Assembly (NCBI GenBank): GCA_965197905.1
Contig: CBDAOB010000005.1
Location: 1,632,001-1,696,000, forward strand
Reading direction: 5' to 3'
DNA: 64,000 nt
Source: Candidatus Latescibacterota bacterium
GTDB lineage: Bacteria > Latescibacterota > UBA2968 > UBA8231
Shown one piece after another: positions 38,417 to 48,915 of this stretch. A program made the position numbers and the translations under genes. How positions within the stretch are numbered: position 1 is the stretch's first letter; each line of letters begins with the position of its first letter. The notes beneath the pieces were generated by a model, which had not been told where the DNA came from, did no database searches, and worked only from the letters and a program-made list of their open reading frames with translations.

Positions 38417-39637
38417 GTGAACAAGATTGCTTTGCACTGGCAGATTTTGGTGGCGGTGGTGGTTGGCGCACTCGCGGGTGGTGTCATCGGCGACACGGTG
38501 CTACACGTCGAGTTCCTGGGAACATTGTTTCTCAAAGCGCTGCGTATGATCATCGTACCGCTCATCGCCACGTCGATCATCACCGGTGTTGCAGGGTTGG
38601 GCGGGGCCGCGGGCTTCGGTCGAATGGGGATCAGGACCCTCCTCTAGTACACGGCGACCAGCCTGTTAGCCATTCTGACAGGATTGCTCCTGGTAAACCT
38701 CCTGAAACCGGGAGTCGGGGTGAATCTGGGATTGGCCCAGGCTCCTGAGAAACTAGCGGAGTCGATGGAGCAGTTCGGAGATTCCCCTTTCGATGCGGTG
38801 GTCCGGCTTCTCCTCGATATAGTTCCAGCCAACCCGTTCGAATCGATGGCGGAGGGCAAGATCCTGCAGATCATCTTCTTCTGCCTCCTCTTCGGCTATT
38901 TCATCACGCGCCTGCCCAAAACGCCTAGGGAGACCTTGACACACTTCTTCGAATCCTGCTTCGAAGTGATGATGCAAGTAACCAACCTCATCATACGTTT
39001 TGCGCCTATCGGAATCTTCGCCTTAGTGAGCAAGACCGTCGCAACCACGGGGTTCGAAGCGCTGGGTGGATTGGGTATCTACGTAATCACCGTATTCGTT
39101 GGCCTCGCCATTCACGCCGTCTTCACGCTGCCGGCTGTCTTGCTGATTGCGGGGAAAGGGAGTCCTCGGCGCCACGCCCAAGCGATGGCACCGGCGCTGT
39201 TGACTGCATTCTCCACAAGTTCGTCCTCTGCGACGTTGCCTTTGACCATGGAGTCGCTCGAGAAAAGAGCCGGTGTGTCCAATCGCACGACCAGCTTCGT
39301 GGCACCTCTGGGTGCTACCGTGAACATGGACGGTACGGCCCTCTACGAGTGCGTGGCGGCTATGTTCATTGCCCAGGCCTACGGCGTTGAGCTCGGCTTC
39401 GCGCAACAGCTGTTGGTGGTGGTAACCGCCCTGCTCGCTTCCATCGGGGCAGCCGGGATACCAATGGCGGGCCTCGTAATGATATCGGTGATTCTTACGG
39501 CGGTGGGATTACCTCTGGAGGGCGTCGGATTGATTCTTGCGGTCGACCGCGTGCTCGACATGTGCCGCACGACCGTGAACGTTTGGAGTGATTCGTGTGG
39601 CGCGGCGGTAGTTGAGCGCCAAATCGGCCCCGCCTGA
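38417..39637 (+). pseudogene. Dicarboxylate/amino acid:cation symporter (DAACS) with an in-frame TAG at 38645-38647
   Basis: FLKALRMIIVPL before the stop; same frame continues to AFSTSSSSATLP, NMDGTALY, AVDRVLDMCRT. Confidence 0.85.
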
Positions 39638-39652
39638 TGGAGGACCGGAGAT

Positions 39653-40299
39653 TCAGTCGTCGAGGAGATGTTCTGGCAGGCGTGTTTGATCGTCGATCTC
39701 AGCGGAGTCCAGCTGGCCACGGCTCAATCCGCTACAGCCGAGAAGGTCTGCCCCTTGGAGCTGGGTTTTCTTGAATATGGCCCCCCCATTTTCGCATCTA
39801 GGAGTCGAGCGCCCGTGAGGTCTACGCCACTCAAGTTCGCCCCTTGAAGGTCTGCCCCCTCCAGGTCTCCTTCCCGAAAATCGGCCGCCTCCAGGTTCAC
39901 CATAAAGAGGTTGGCGCTGCGCCCGATGGAATCGGCCAAATTCGCGCCCTGAAGATTTGCCTCCAGCAGATCGGCCTCCCTGAAGTCGGTCTTCTGCAGA
40001 TCGGCCTCCTGCAAATCGGTTTCCCGCAGCTTCGCTTCGATTAGACTGGCCCCCTCCAGCTTCGCCCCTTTCAATCGGGCACGAGTGAGGTTGGCCCGCT
40101 GCAGGTTCGCGTGTCGGAAATCGGATTTGTAGAGATTTGCCAGCTGAAGCTCGGACCCTTGCAGATACGCCTCACGAAAATCGGCGCCGCGCAGATCCGC
40201 CCCCTGCAAATACGCCTCGAGAAGATACCCCTGCCGAAAAACAGCCTTCTCGCCCTCCTCGCCTTTTGTTTCGATCCAGTCCCGATGGAGACTGAGCAT
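39653..40299 (-). CDS. Pentapeptide repeat protein; frameshift in a G7 run near 39784; true start may lie upstream
   Basis: A(D/N)Lxx repeats; shifted frame gives GAIFKKTQLQGADLLGCSGLSRGQLDSAEIDDQTRLP. Confidence 0.85.
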
Positions 40300-40527
40300 C
40301 TCCTCTAATTTATTCGGAGGAAATTCGACACGTGGCTGTTCGGCGGGTGTCTCCTCCGGCTGAGCGTCTCTTTCTGTTTTCTCCGTCAGGATGCGACTCT
40401 CCGGAAAAAGCGTCGAGGTTGAACGGCCCGTACAGCATCGCGGGCAATCTCATAGGTCGCTATAATACAATAAGTTGAGAGTCTTAACAAGTAGAAAAGC
40501 AGCGTCTAGTCGGGCGCGTCGAGTTGC

Positions 40528-40604
40528 TGGTACCCTCGGCGGGATTCGAACCCACGACCCACAGATTAGGAATCTGTTGCTCTATCCTACTGAGCTACGA
40601 GGGC
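40528..40604 (-). tRNA. tRNA-Arg(CCT)
   Basis: GCCCTCG acceptor stem, ACAGA-TTCCTAA-TCTGT anticodon arm, GTTCGAA T-loop, CCA. Confidence 0.96.
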
Positions 40605-40616
40605 ACTAACTTTGCG

Positions 40617-40817
40617 TCAGCTACTCTTGATGACGTTGGCGGCTATTGGACCCTTTGGCCCTTCTTCCGACTCGAAGGCCACTTCATCGCCCTCGTCCAG
40701 TTCCTGGTCTTCCTGGATATCCGAATAATGCACGAAGATGTCTTCGCCATCCTCAGTATGGATGAATCCGTAACCAAGCCCACGGTTAAACCACTTGACG
40801 AAACCGGACTTTTGCAT
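40617..40817 (-). CDS. Cold-shock protein
   Basis: [30 protein letters not shown]. Confidence 0.93.
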   Translation of the reverse strand: MQKSGFVKWFNRGLGYGFIHTEDGEDIFVHYSDIQEDQELDEGDEVAFESEEGPKGPIAANVIKSS

Positions 40818-40967
40818 TTCGGTGCCTCAGTGGTCAGGAGACAGATGACTAGCGGTGGCCTGAGGTTTTTGACGGTCCCGAAAAAATTAGGAGTGTCAAT
40901 CATTTGGGTCAACAATTTGGCGCGCTGAACCAACCTCCGCCCACGAGCGCGTTGGCCAATATACTTG

Positions 40968-40995
40968 TTGACATCGGCTGGATCGGCTGTAACTT
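40968..40995 (+). promoter_or_regulatory. Candidate sigma-70 promoter of the act-cox operon
   Basis: TTGACA-N16-TAACTT about 95 nt upstream of actA. Confidence 0.4.
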
Positions 40996-41089
40996 TACAG
41001 CTTCGATTTTCGACGAACTCTTTGGCTGTTGATTCTCCCCCCCTTTTTACGGATCGATCAAGGCCTCCAAGCCACCGCGCAAACAGCGT

Positions 41090-41749
41090 ATGCCGCCGCA
41101 GATATTTCGCCGTAGCATCAATTGGTTTGCCAATTTAACCATCATTGGCACCGTCGTTGTCGTCGGACTTCTGCTGGCTATTCTCCTCAACATCAATCGG
41201 CTCGACTACGTCAGTCAGGTGGGCATGGCCAAAGACCAGCCTGTGCCGTTTAGCCACAAGCACCACGTAACTGGCATGGGTCTCGACTGCCGCTTTTGCC
41301 ACACGACGGTGGAGGAAACAGCGTTTGCCGGCATCCCGCCGACGGAGACTTGCATGAGTTGTCACTCCCAAATCTGGACTGAGGCACCCATTCTCGAGCC
41401 AGTGAGGGCGAGCTTTCGAGATAACACCTCCTTACAGTGGACACGCATCCACGACTTGCCGGATTTTGTCTACTTCAAGCACGACATACATATCAACAAA
41501 GGCATCGGGTGCGAAACCTGTCACGGTCGCATAGACGATATGCCGCTGGCCAGGAAAGCGGAAACGCTGAATATGGAATGGTGTTTGGAGTGCCATCGCG
41601 CTCCTAGCAAGTTCATTCGGCCCCGAGAGGAAGTCTTCAACATGGCCTGGACCCCTCCCGTCGATCAAGAGGCAGCGGGACGGAAACTGGTCCAGAAGTA
41701 CGGCGTTCAGAAGTCGCAACTCACCGATTGCTCAGTGTGCCATCTATGA
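41090..41749 (+). CDS. actA: Alternative complex III pentaheme cytochrome c
   Basis: One TM helix; five CxxCH motifs; QPVPFSHKHH. Confidence 0.92.
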   Translation: MPPQIFRRSINWFANLTIIGTVVVVGLLLAILLNINRLDYVSQVGMAKDQPVPFSHKHHVTGMGLDCRFCHTTVEETAFAGIPPTETCMSCHSQIWTEAPILEPVRASFRDNTSLQWTRIHDLPDFVYFKHDIHINKGIGCETCHGRIDDMPLARKAETLNMEWCLECHRAPSKFIRPREEVFNMAWTPPVDQEAAGRKLVQKYGVQKSQLTDCSVCHL

Positions 41750-44700
41750 CCGAACAGTTCGTTACACGCAAACAGCTGGACATGAACGATCTGCACGCTC
41801 GCCTCGCGCAGGGTGGCGGCAAGGAGTACTGGCGCAGCCTGGATGAGTTGGCTGAAACCGAGGAATTCGAGGAACTGCTCCACAGGGAGTTTCCGGAGAG
41901 CGCTTCGGAGTGGGCTGACGGTGTGAGTCGGCGCAATTTTCTCAAGCTCATGGGTGCATCGCTGGCATTTGGCGGCCTCACGAACTGTACGATCCAACCC
42001 GAAGAGAAGATCGTTCCATGGGTGAGGGCACCGGAGAACCTGATTCCCGGCAAGCCTCTATTCTACGCCACTGCCGTGCCTCTGAGCGGCGTCGGCACCG
42101 GCATCCTGGTGGAGAGCCACATGGGGCGGCCGACGAAGATAGAAGGAAACCCCGGGCATCCCGCCAGTCTGGGCGGCACTGACGCCATTACCCAGGCTTC
42201 TATCCTCGACTTGTACGATCCCGACCGCGCCACCGCGGTCAAGAACGCGGGTCGGATAAGCACGTGGAGCAGCTTCCTGCTGAGTCTCGACAAGGAACTC
42301 GCCCTCCAGCGGTTGAAGAATGGCGCAGGACTGAGAATCCTCACCGAAACAGTAGGCTCACCCAGTCTCGGACAGCAGCTGGGCTTCTTCCTGGAGGAGT
42401 TCCCGGAGGCTCACTGGCATCAGTACGAGCCTGCCAACCGAGACAATGTCCGCATCGGTGCGGCGCTGGCTTTCGGTGAGCCCGTCAATACCTATTTCGA
42501 TATCGCCAAGGCAGATGTCATTCTATCTCTGGACGCCGATTTCCTTTACAGCGGCCCCGGAAGTGTGCGCTATGCCCGCGATTTCGCATCGCGGCGCCGG
42601 CTTCATGGTGGGGGGAAGCAGGAGTTCAATCGGCTTTACGTCGTCGAGACGTCCCCTTCTTCGACCGGAAGTATGGCCGATCACCGGGTGGCTCTGGACA
42701 GCGGCTCCATCGAGGCCTTCGCTTTGGCTTTGGCCGGCCAGTTGGGAGTGAAATTCCGCGCCGACGGAGAGATCCCACCCTTCAACGACCCCACGGGGTG
42801 GCTTGCGCCGCTGGCCCGGGATCTACGAAATGCAGGCAGTTCCGGCCTCGTAGTCGCCGGCGCCTACCAGTCTCCCACCCTTCACGCTCTGGCACATGCC
42901 ATCAACGATGCCCTCGGCAACGTTGGCACTACGGTCCATTACACAGATCCTCTAGAAGTGGAACCCGTGGACGAATCCGAATCCCTCCGGGAACTGGTGA
43001 CGTCCATGAAGGCAGATGAGGTCGAAGTTCTCATCATCGTCGGCGGCAATCCGGTCTTCAACGCTCCGGCCGACCTCGACTTTGCAGAAGCCTTAGGCCA
43101 TGTGGGGTTCCGGGCGCAGTTGAGTCCGTTCGAGGACGAGACCTCCGCGTTGTGCCACTGGCACGTTCCCGAGTCTCACTACCTCGAATCGTGGAGTGAT
43201 ATCAGGTCGCATGACGGTACCGCCGCGATAGTGCAGCCGCTGATCCAGCCCCTCTACAACAGCAAGTCCGCTCACGAGTTGGTGGGGGCCATGATCGGAC
43301 AACCCGGGCTTGTGGTCAGAGACTTGCTTAGGGAGTTCTGGCAGCAGGAGACCTTCGCCCCGGATTTCGAGGAGTTCTGGGTCCGGGCCCTCCACGATGG
43401 CGTACTTGCCGATATGGCTTTCTACCCACGCCGTGTGAGCTTGCGCACGATCAAGATCGCGACGGGATTCGCTACCCCCATCGGCGAGGAGCAGATGGAA
43501 CTTGCACTGCGCCCCGACCCCCTCGTCTGGGATGGCCGCTTCGTCAACAACGGCTGGCTCCAGGAGACTCCCAAACCGGTGACTGAGTTGACCTGGGATA
43601 ACGCCGCTCTGATGAGCCCGAAAACGGCCCAGAGACTGGGCGTGAAGAACGAGCAGGTGGTCGAACTGAGTCACGGCGGTCGATCCGTAAGAGCGCCGGT
43701 GTGGATCGTACCAGGTCAGGCTCGTGATGTCGTAACCGTTCACCTCGGATACGGTCGCCGCCAGTCAGGTCGGGTGGGCAAAGGCACCGGATTCAATGCC
43801 TATGCGGTGCGGACCTCCTCTAGTATGTGGGGAACAACAGGTCTGAAGGTCATCAAGTCCTTCGATCGGCATGCCCTCGCCTGCACCCAGGACCACCAGC
43901 TCATGGAAGGGCGACACCTGGTCAGGCACGCCGACCTGGAGCACTACAGGCATCATCCCGATTTTGCGCAGCACGAGGGCCATGTGCCCCCCGCCTCTCT
44001 CACGCTCTTCAACAACGATGAATTCCAGTCCAGCACCGGCAACTCCTGGGGCATGGCCATCGATCTCAACGCCTGCATCGGCTGTAACGCCTGTGCCGTC
44101 GCCTGCCAAGCGGAGAACAACATTCCCATAGTGGGCAAGGACGAGGTCCTCAATGGCAGGGAGATGTCGTGGATCCGCATTGATCGATACTACGCGGGGG
44201 ATCTGGACGATCCTGAGATTCTCCACCAGCCTATTCCATGCCAGCAATGTGAGAACGCTCCCTGTGAGCTGGTCTGTCCGGTCGGGGCCACTGTGCACAG
44301 CGAAGAAGGCCTTAACGACATGGTCTACAATCGGTGCGTCGGAACTCGCTATTGCTCCAACAACTGCCCCTACAAGGTGAGGCGTTTCAATTACTTGCAA
44401 TACGCGGATCGAGATACTCCCAGTCTCAAACCCCAGCGCAACCCCGACGTAACAGTCCGGTCTCGGGGGGTCATGGAGAAATGCACCTACTGCACCCAGC
44501 GCATCAATGCCGCCCGCATCGTCGCGAAGAAACGTGGTGCCCCGATACAGGATGGGGAAATCCAGACCGCGTGCCAGCAGGTGTGTCCTACCGAGGCTAT
44601 TGTCTTCGGTAACATCCAGGATGAAAACAGTCGCGTGTCCAAATGGAAGGACTCGTCGCTGAACTACAGTATCCTCCCCGATTTGAACACGAGGCCGCGC

Positions 44701-44751
44701 ACGACCTACCTCGCCAGAGTCAAGAACCCCAACCCCGAGATCAAGGGATAG
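41746..44751 (+). CDS. actB: Alternative complex III molybdopterin-oxidoreductase-like/Fe-S subunit
   Basis: YWRSL, Tat signal SRRNFLK with lipoprotein Cys, CIGCNAC, CQQCENAPC, CVGTRYC, EKCTYC. Confidence 0.94.
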   Translation: MTEQFVTRKQLDMNDLHARLAQGGGKEYWRSLDELAETEEFEELLHREFPESASEWADGVSRRNFLKLMGASLAFGGLTNCTIQPEEKIVPWVRAPENLIPGKPLFYATAVPLSGVGTGILVESHMGRPTKIEGNPGHPASLGGTDAITQASILDLYDPDRATAVKNAGRISTWSSFLLSLDKELALQRLKNGAGLRILTETVGSPSLGQQLGFFLEEFPEAHWHQYEPANRDNVRIGAALAFGEPVNTYFDIAKADVILSLDADFLYSGPGSVRYARDFASRRRLHGGGKQEFNRLYVVETSPSSTGSMADHRVALDSGSIEAFALALAGQLGVKFRADGEIPPFNDPTGWLAPLARDLRNAGSSGLVVAGAYQSPTLHALAHAINDALGNVGTTVHYTDPLEVEPVDESESLRELVTSMKADEVEVLIIVGGNPVFNAPADLDFAEALGHVGFRAQLSPFEDETSALCHWHVPESHYLESWSDIRSHDGTAAIVQPLIQPLYNSKSAHELVGAMIGQPGLVVRDLLREFWQQETFAPDFEEFWVRALHDGVLADMAFYPRRVSLRTIKIATGFATPIGEEQMELALRPDPLVWDGRFVNNGWLQETPKPVTELTWDNAALMSPKTAQRLGVKNEQVVELSHGGRSVRAPVWIVPGQARDVVTVHLGYGRRQSGRVGKGTGFNAYAVRTSSSMWGTTGLKVIKSFDRHALACTQDHQLMEGRHLVRHADLEHYRHHPDFAQHEGHVPPASLTLFNNDEFQSSTGNSWGMAIDLNACIGCNACAVACQAENNIPIVGKDEVLNGREMSWIRIDRYYAGDLDDPEILHQPIPCQQCENAPCELVCPVGATVHSEEGLNDMVYNRCVGTRYCSNNCPYKVRRFNYLQYADRDTPSLKPQRNPDVTVRSRGVMEKCTYCTQRINAARIVAKKRGAPIQDGEIQTACQQVCPTEAIVFGNIQDENSRVSKWKDSSLNYSILPDLNTRPRTTYLARVKNPNPEIKG

Positions 44752-44761
44752 CCTCTGCACC

Positions 44762-46147
44762 ATGTCACAGCCGGCCAGGTCGACGCGACAGCAGTACACA
44801 CCGCCTCCTTCCGAGTTGGGTCCGGGTCAGACGTCGCACACGTCGATAACGGAAACGATCAGCGCTGTAGTTCTGACGCCACACACACCTATACAATGGT
44901 TCATCGTAGTCTTCGTGGGTCTGATGGGTGTGGGTCTCCTGCAGCTGGCCATCGGCTACCTGTTGTACGAGGGAATCGGCATCTGGGGTCTGAACGTCCC
45001 CGTCGGCTGGGGTTTCGCCATCGTCCACTTCGTCTGGTGGATAGGAATCGGCCACGCGGGCACGCTCATTTCCGCCATTCTTTTGCTCTTTCGCCAGAAG
45101 TGGCGCACCTCGATCAACCGCTCGGCCGAAGCCATGACCATCTTCGCCGTCATGTGCGCTGGCATGTTCCCCATAATCCATACCGGGCGCCCCTGGCTAG
45201 CCATATACTGGTTGTTTCCGTACCCCAATTCCATGGATATTTGGCCCCAGTTCCGCTCTCCCCTGATCTGGGATGTCTTTGCGGTGAGTACCTACTTCAC
45301 CGTGTCGCTCGTCTTCTGGTATATGGGGATGGTTCCCGATATTGCGAGTTTTCGCGATCGAGCCAGATCGCCGATCCTCAAGCGCATCTACGGGTTTGTG
45401 GCCATGGGCTGGCGCGGATCGGCGATCCATTGGGAGCGGTACGAGATGGCATCCCTCATGTTGGCCGGCCTTGCCACCCCGTTGGTCCTGTCCGTACACA
45501 GCGTCATCAGTCTGGACTTCGCCGTCTCCATCATACCCGGGTGGCACACCACGATATTTCCTCCCTATTTCGTTGCTGGCGCTATCTACGCCGGATTTGC
45601 CATGGTGCTCATTCTGGTGATTCCTCTGAGGCGCCTCTACGGATTGCAGGATTTCATCACTGTGCGGCACCTGGAGAATATGGGCAAGGTGATGCTCACT
45701 GCCGGGCTCATCGTCGCTTACGGCTACTTCATGGAGCAGTTGATAGCCTGGTACAGCGCCAGCCTTTATGAATCGTTCATGATGTACAATCGGATGTTCG
45801 GCCCCTATGGCGGCTACTACTGGTGGCTCATAATCTGTAACATCCTCATCCCCCAGGCGCTCTGGTCCAAGAGGGTGCGACAGAACACCATCTGGCTCTT
45901 CCTCATTTCCGTGGTTATTAGCGTGGGCATGTGGCTGGAGCGATTCGTCATCGTCATTACCAGTCTGCACCGAGACTACATGCCCTCTTCCTGGGACATG
46001 TTTTACCCCACCTTCTGGGATTGGGCCACCTACGCGGGAACCATCGGCTTCTTCCTCCTCGCCTTCTTTCTGTTCGTGCGAGGTCTGCCGTTGATCGCCG
46101 CCCACGAAATTCGAACCCTTCTCCCGTTCGGGAACAAGGGGAAATAA
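44762..46147 (+). CDS. actC: Alternative complex III NrfD-type membrane subunit
   Basis: WIGIGHAGTLISA, HTGRPW, SPLIWD, SVHS, GMWLERF. Confidence 0.94.
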   Translation: MSQPARSTRQQYTPPPSELGPGQTSHTSITETISAVVLTPHTPIQWFIVVFVGLMGVGLLQLAIGYLLYEGIGIWGLNVPVGWGFAIVHFVWWIGIGHAGTLISAILLLFRQKWRTSINRSAEAMTIFAVMCAGMFPIIHTGRPWLAIYWLFPYPNSMDIWPQFRSPLIWDVFAVSTYFTVSLVFWYMGMVPDIASFRDRARSPILKRIYGFVAMGWRGSAIHWERYEMASLMLAGLATPLVLSVHSVISLDFAVSIIPGWHTTIFPPYFVAGAIYAGFAMVLILVIPLRRLYGLQDFITVRHLENMGKVMLTAGLIVAYGYFMEQLIAWYSASLYESFMMYNRMFGPYGGYYWWLIICNILIPQALWSKRVRQNTIWLFLISVVISVGMWLERFVIVITSLHRDYMPSSWDMFYPTFWDWATYAGTIGFFLLAFFLFVRGLPLIAAHEIRTLLPFGNKGK

Positions 46148-46175
46148 CGGGGTCGTCGAACCTGCTCCGATTGTT

Positions 46176-46718
46176 ATGAACCAGACTGGATCCGACATCT
46201 ACGGCCTCATGGCCAAGTTCGAGACCCCCGAGGATCTCCTGGAGGCTGCCAAGCGCACCTACTCGGAAGGATACCGAACCATGGATGCCTATGCGCCTTT
46301 GCCCATCCACGGTCTGGCTGCTGCCATCGGATTCCCAAGAACCAATCTGCCCATTCTTACCTTCATCTGCGGTGCGCTAGGCGCGATCGCCGGGTACGCC
46401 TTGCAGTACTGGGTCCACGTTATCGACTTCCCCATGAATATCGGGGGAAGACCCCTGCACAGCGGTGTCATGTTCATCCCCGTCACCTTCGAGCTAACCA
46501 TTCTGTTTGCCGCCTTGGGGACCTTCATTGGCTTGTGGATTCGCAACCGGCTGCCCATGCCTTACCACCCGGTTTTTAATGTGGAAGGTTTCGAGCGCGC
46601 CAGTCAGGACGCCTTCTTCCTGTGCATCGAATCCGGGGATCCCCTCTTCGATACCGACCGCACTGCGTTTTTCTTGCAGGGCTTGAATGCAGAGGAGGTA
46701 TCGACCGTTGACTGGTAG
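46176..46718 (+). CDS. actD: Alternative complex III subunit D (DUF3341)
   Basis: DAYAPLPIHG, NIGGRP, PVTFELTILF. Confidence 0.9.
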   Translation: MNQTGSDIYGLMAKFETPEDLLEAAKRTYSEGYRTMDAYAPLPIHGLAAAIGFPRTNLPILTFICGALGAIAGYALQYWVHVIDFPMNIGGRPLHSGVMFIPVTFELTILFAALGTFIGLWIRNRLPMPYHPVFNVEGFERASQDAFFLCIESGDPLFDTDRTAFFLQGLNAEEVSTVDW

Positions 46719-46719
46719 C

Positions 46720-47304
46720 ATGCCGACGCGCCATCGAGCGACCATCTCTACCGCACTCGCCTTGACAGGAGCGCTGCTCGTGGGTGGCTGCGAGCTCCGG
46801 CAGGCGATGTACAATCAGCCGAAGTACGAGAGTCTCGAGGCCTCTGATATGTTCGAGGACGGGCTCTCTGCCCGCCAACCTATTGAGGGAACAGTGGCTC
46901 GGGGACAGCTCCGCCTTGACGCCCATCTCTACGAGGGCAAAGTGAACGGCGAGTTGGCAACCACCCTGCCTCTGGAGCTAACAGAGGAACTCCTCGCCCG
47001 GGGCAGACAGCGGTACGAGATATTCTGCTCGCCCTGCCATGACCGCACGGGCACCGGCAACGGATTGATCGTGAAGCGGGGGCTCAAGCAACCTCCCTCA
47101 TACCACATGGACCGTCTTAGAGAGGTACCTGTCGGACACTTCTTCGACGTCATGACCAACGGCTTCGGTGCGATGTACAGCTTTGCCGCTAGAATTCCCG
47201 TCAGGGACCGGTGGGCTATTGCTGCGTACGTACGCACTCTCCAGTTCAGCCAGGGCGCCCAGTTCGACGAACTGCCCCCAGAGGATCAGAGACAGCTGCA
47301 ATGA
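46720..47304 (+). CDS. actE: Alternative complex III monoheme cytochrome c lipoprotein
   Basis: Lipobox VGGC, MYNQPK, GTVARG, CSPCH, DRWAI. Confidence 0.9.
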   Translation: MPTRHRATISTALALTGALLVGGCELRQAMYNQPKYESLEASDMFEDGLSARQPIEGTVARGQLRLDAHLYEGKVNGELATTLPLELTEELLARGRQRYEIFCSPCHDRTGTGNGLIVKRGLKQPPSYHMDRLREVPVGHFFDVMTNGFGAMYSFAARIPVRDRWAIAAYVRTLQFSQGAQFDELPPEDQRQLQ

Positions 47305-48509
47305 ACGAGGAGATCATTCGTCAGTCGGAGGCTCTGAAACCGCTGTTCGACACCACGAGGAAGAAAGCCCTCGTCATCGGCGTCGTGGCTGCCGCCTTCT
47401 CGATCTGGGGGTTATACCTCGAACACGACCAGTTTTTCCGATCCTACCTGCTGGCGTTCATCTACTGGGTGAGCCTGACTCTGGGCAGTCTCCTGCTCCT
47501 CATGGTCCACCACCTGGTGGGAGGAAGATGGGGATTCGCGACTCGTCGCCTCATGGAGGGCGGTACGCGGACGATGCTACTCATGTTCGTACTGGGCATC
47601 CCAGTCCTCTTGGGTATCCACGAGCTTTATGAGTGGAGTCACGAAGACGTCGTGGCCAGCGACGAGATCCTCCAGAAAAAGGCCGTGTTTCTGAATCCGA
47701 CCTTCTTCGTGATCCGCTACGTTATCTACTTTCTGATATGGGGCGCCATGGCTGTTCGCCTCAACAGGTGGACAGCCGAGCAAGACTCCACGACAGATAC
47801 CTCCCCAACGCGGAGAATGCAGGTCCTCAGCGGACCGGGCGTGTGTGTGTTCGTCCTCGTCGCTACCTTCGCGTCCATCGACTGGATCATGTCCCTGGAA
47901 CCTCACTGGTTCTCCACCATCTACGCAGCTATCTACATCATCGGACAAATGCTCTTGACGTGGGCGTTCATGACCATTGTGTCGGTGCAACTGTCGCGAT
48001 ACCAACCCTTGAGTGCGTTACTGACCAACGAGCGCTTGAGAGATTTGGGCACTTTCATGCTCGCCTTCGTTATGCTCTGGGCCTACACTTCCCTCTCCCA
48101 GCTGCTGATCATCTGGTCCGGCAACCTGCCCGAGGAAATCACCTGGTACTACACCCGTCTCAAGGGCGGCTGGCAACACGTGGGGTATCTGCTGGTGTTT
48201 TTTCATTTCGGCCTGCCATTTGTTCTGCTGGTCTCCAGCCGACTCAAAGCGCGAATCCCGATCCTGGTCTCCATTGCAGGAGGTCTAATGGTCATGCGGC
48301 TAGTGGACCTCTTCTGGATCACCGCCCCTGCTTTCGGCCAAGCTGGGTTAACCATCCACTGGCTGGACGTGACGCTGCCTATCGCCATGGGTGGCCTCTG
48401 GGTGTTCGTCTTTTACGGGCAACTGAGCAAGCGATCCCTCGTCCCCCTGAATGATCCGCGCTTCGATTTCGCGGCTCTGGCCGCCGCCGGAGAGGAAGCC
48501 CATGACTGA
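47301..48509 (+). CDS. actF: Alternative complex III membrane subunit F
   Basis: DWIMSLEPHWFSTI, IWSGNLPEE; multi-TM. Confidence 0.9.
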   Translation: MNEEIIRQSEALKPLFDTTRKKALVIGVVAAAFSIWGLYLEHDQFFRSYLLAFIYWVSLTLGSLLLLMVHHLVGGRWGFATRRLMEGGTRTMLLMFVLGIPVLLGIHELYEWSHEDVVASDEILQKKAVFLNPTFFVIRYVIYFLIWGAMAVRLNRWTAEQDSTTDTSPTRRMQVLSGPGVCVFVLVATFASIDWIMSLEPHWFSTIYAAIYIIGQMLLTWAFMTIVSVQLSRYQPLSALLTNERLRDLGTFMLAFVMLWAYTSLSQLLIIWSGNLPEEITWYYTRLKGGWQHVGYLLVFFHFGLPFVLLVSSRLKARIPILVSIAGGLMVMRLVDLFWITAPAFGQAGLTIHWLDVTLPIAMGGLWVFVFYGQLSKRSLVPLNDPRFDFAALAAAGEEAHD

Positions 48510-48915
48510 GCCGACGGCACAGGGCGGAAACGAAGCTCGTGGATACGAGCAGTCGGATGCGTCGGCCGGCCCGCTGGCAAAGGCGGCTCTTTTCCTGGCG
48601 GTTTCCCTGGTCTGTATCTTCGTCGGGATCATCGTTCTTTTTAAAGTGTTCAACTATGTCCAACCTCGGTTGTTCGATCAGGAGCCGCACCCTATGGCCC
48701 AGACGAGACAGACGGCTACTGGGCCCCGCCTGCAGCTGGATCCTCCGCAGCAAAAGATCGATATGCTGGCCACCGAGAATCAGGTCTTGACTACCTACGA
48801 CTGGGTAGACCGCGAGCAAGGGCTGGTGCGCATTCCCATCGATCGAGCTATAGCTATCCTGGTAAAACAGGGCGAACTGCCGCGGAAAACGGACAGCACG
48901 GAGGTCGAGGAGTAG
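48502..48915 (+). CDS. Probable alternative complex III subunit G
   Basis: One TM helix, PRLQ, YDWVD...RIPIDRAI; position between actF and SCO. Confidence 0.7.
   Translation: MTEPTAQGGNEARGYEQSDASAGPLAKAALFLAVSLVCIFVGIIVLFKVFNYVQPRLFDQEPHPMAQTRQTATGPRLQLDPPQQKIDMLATENQVLTTYDWVDREQGLVRIPIDRAIAILVKQGELPRKTDSTEVEE

Noticed and set aside
38645..38647. Pyrrolysine or recoded TAG
   Set aside because: No pyl genes in the window, and TAG is a normal stop for many genes here (clpP, actB, coxB).
41746..44751. A molybdoenzyme such as nitrate or polysulfide reductase
   Set aside because: Context and motifs match ActB of alternative complex III, which is known to lack a molybdenum cofactor.
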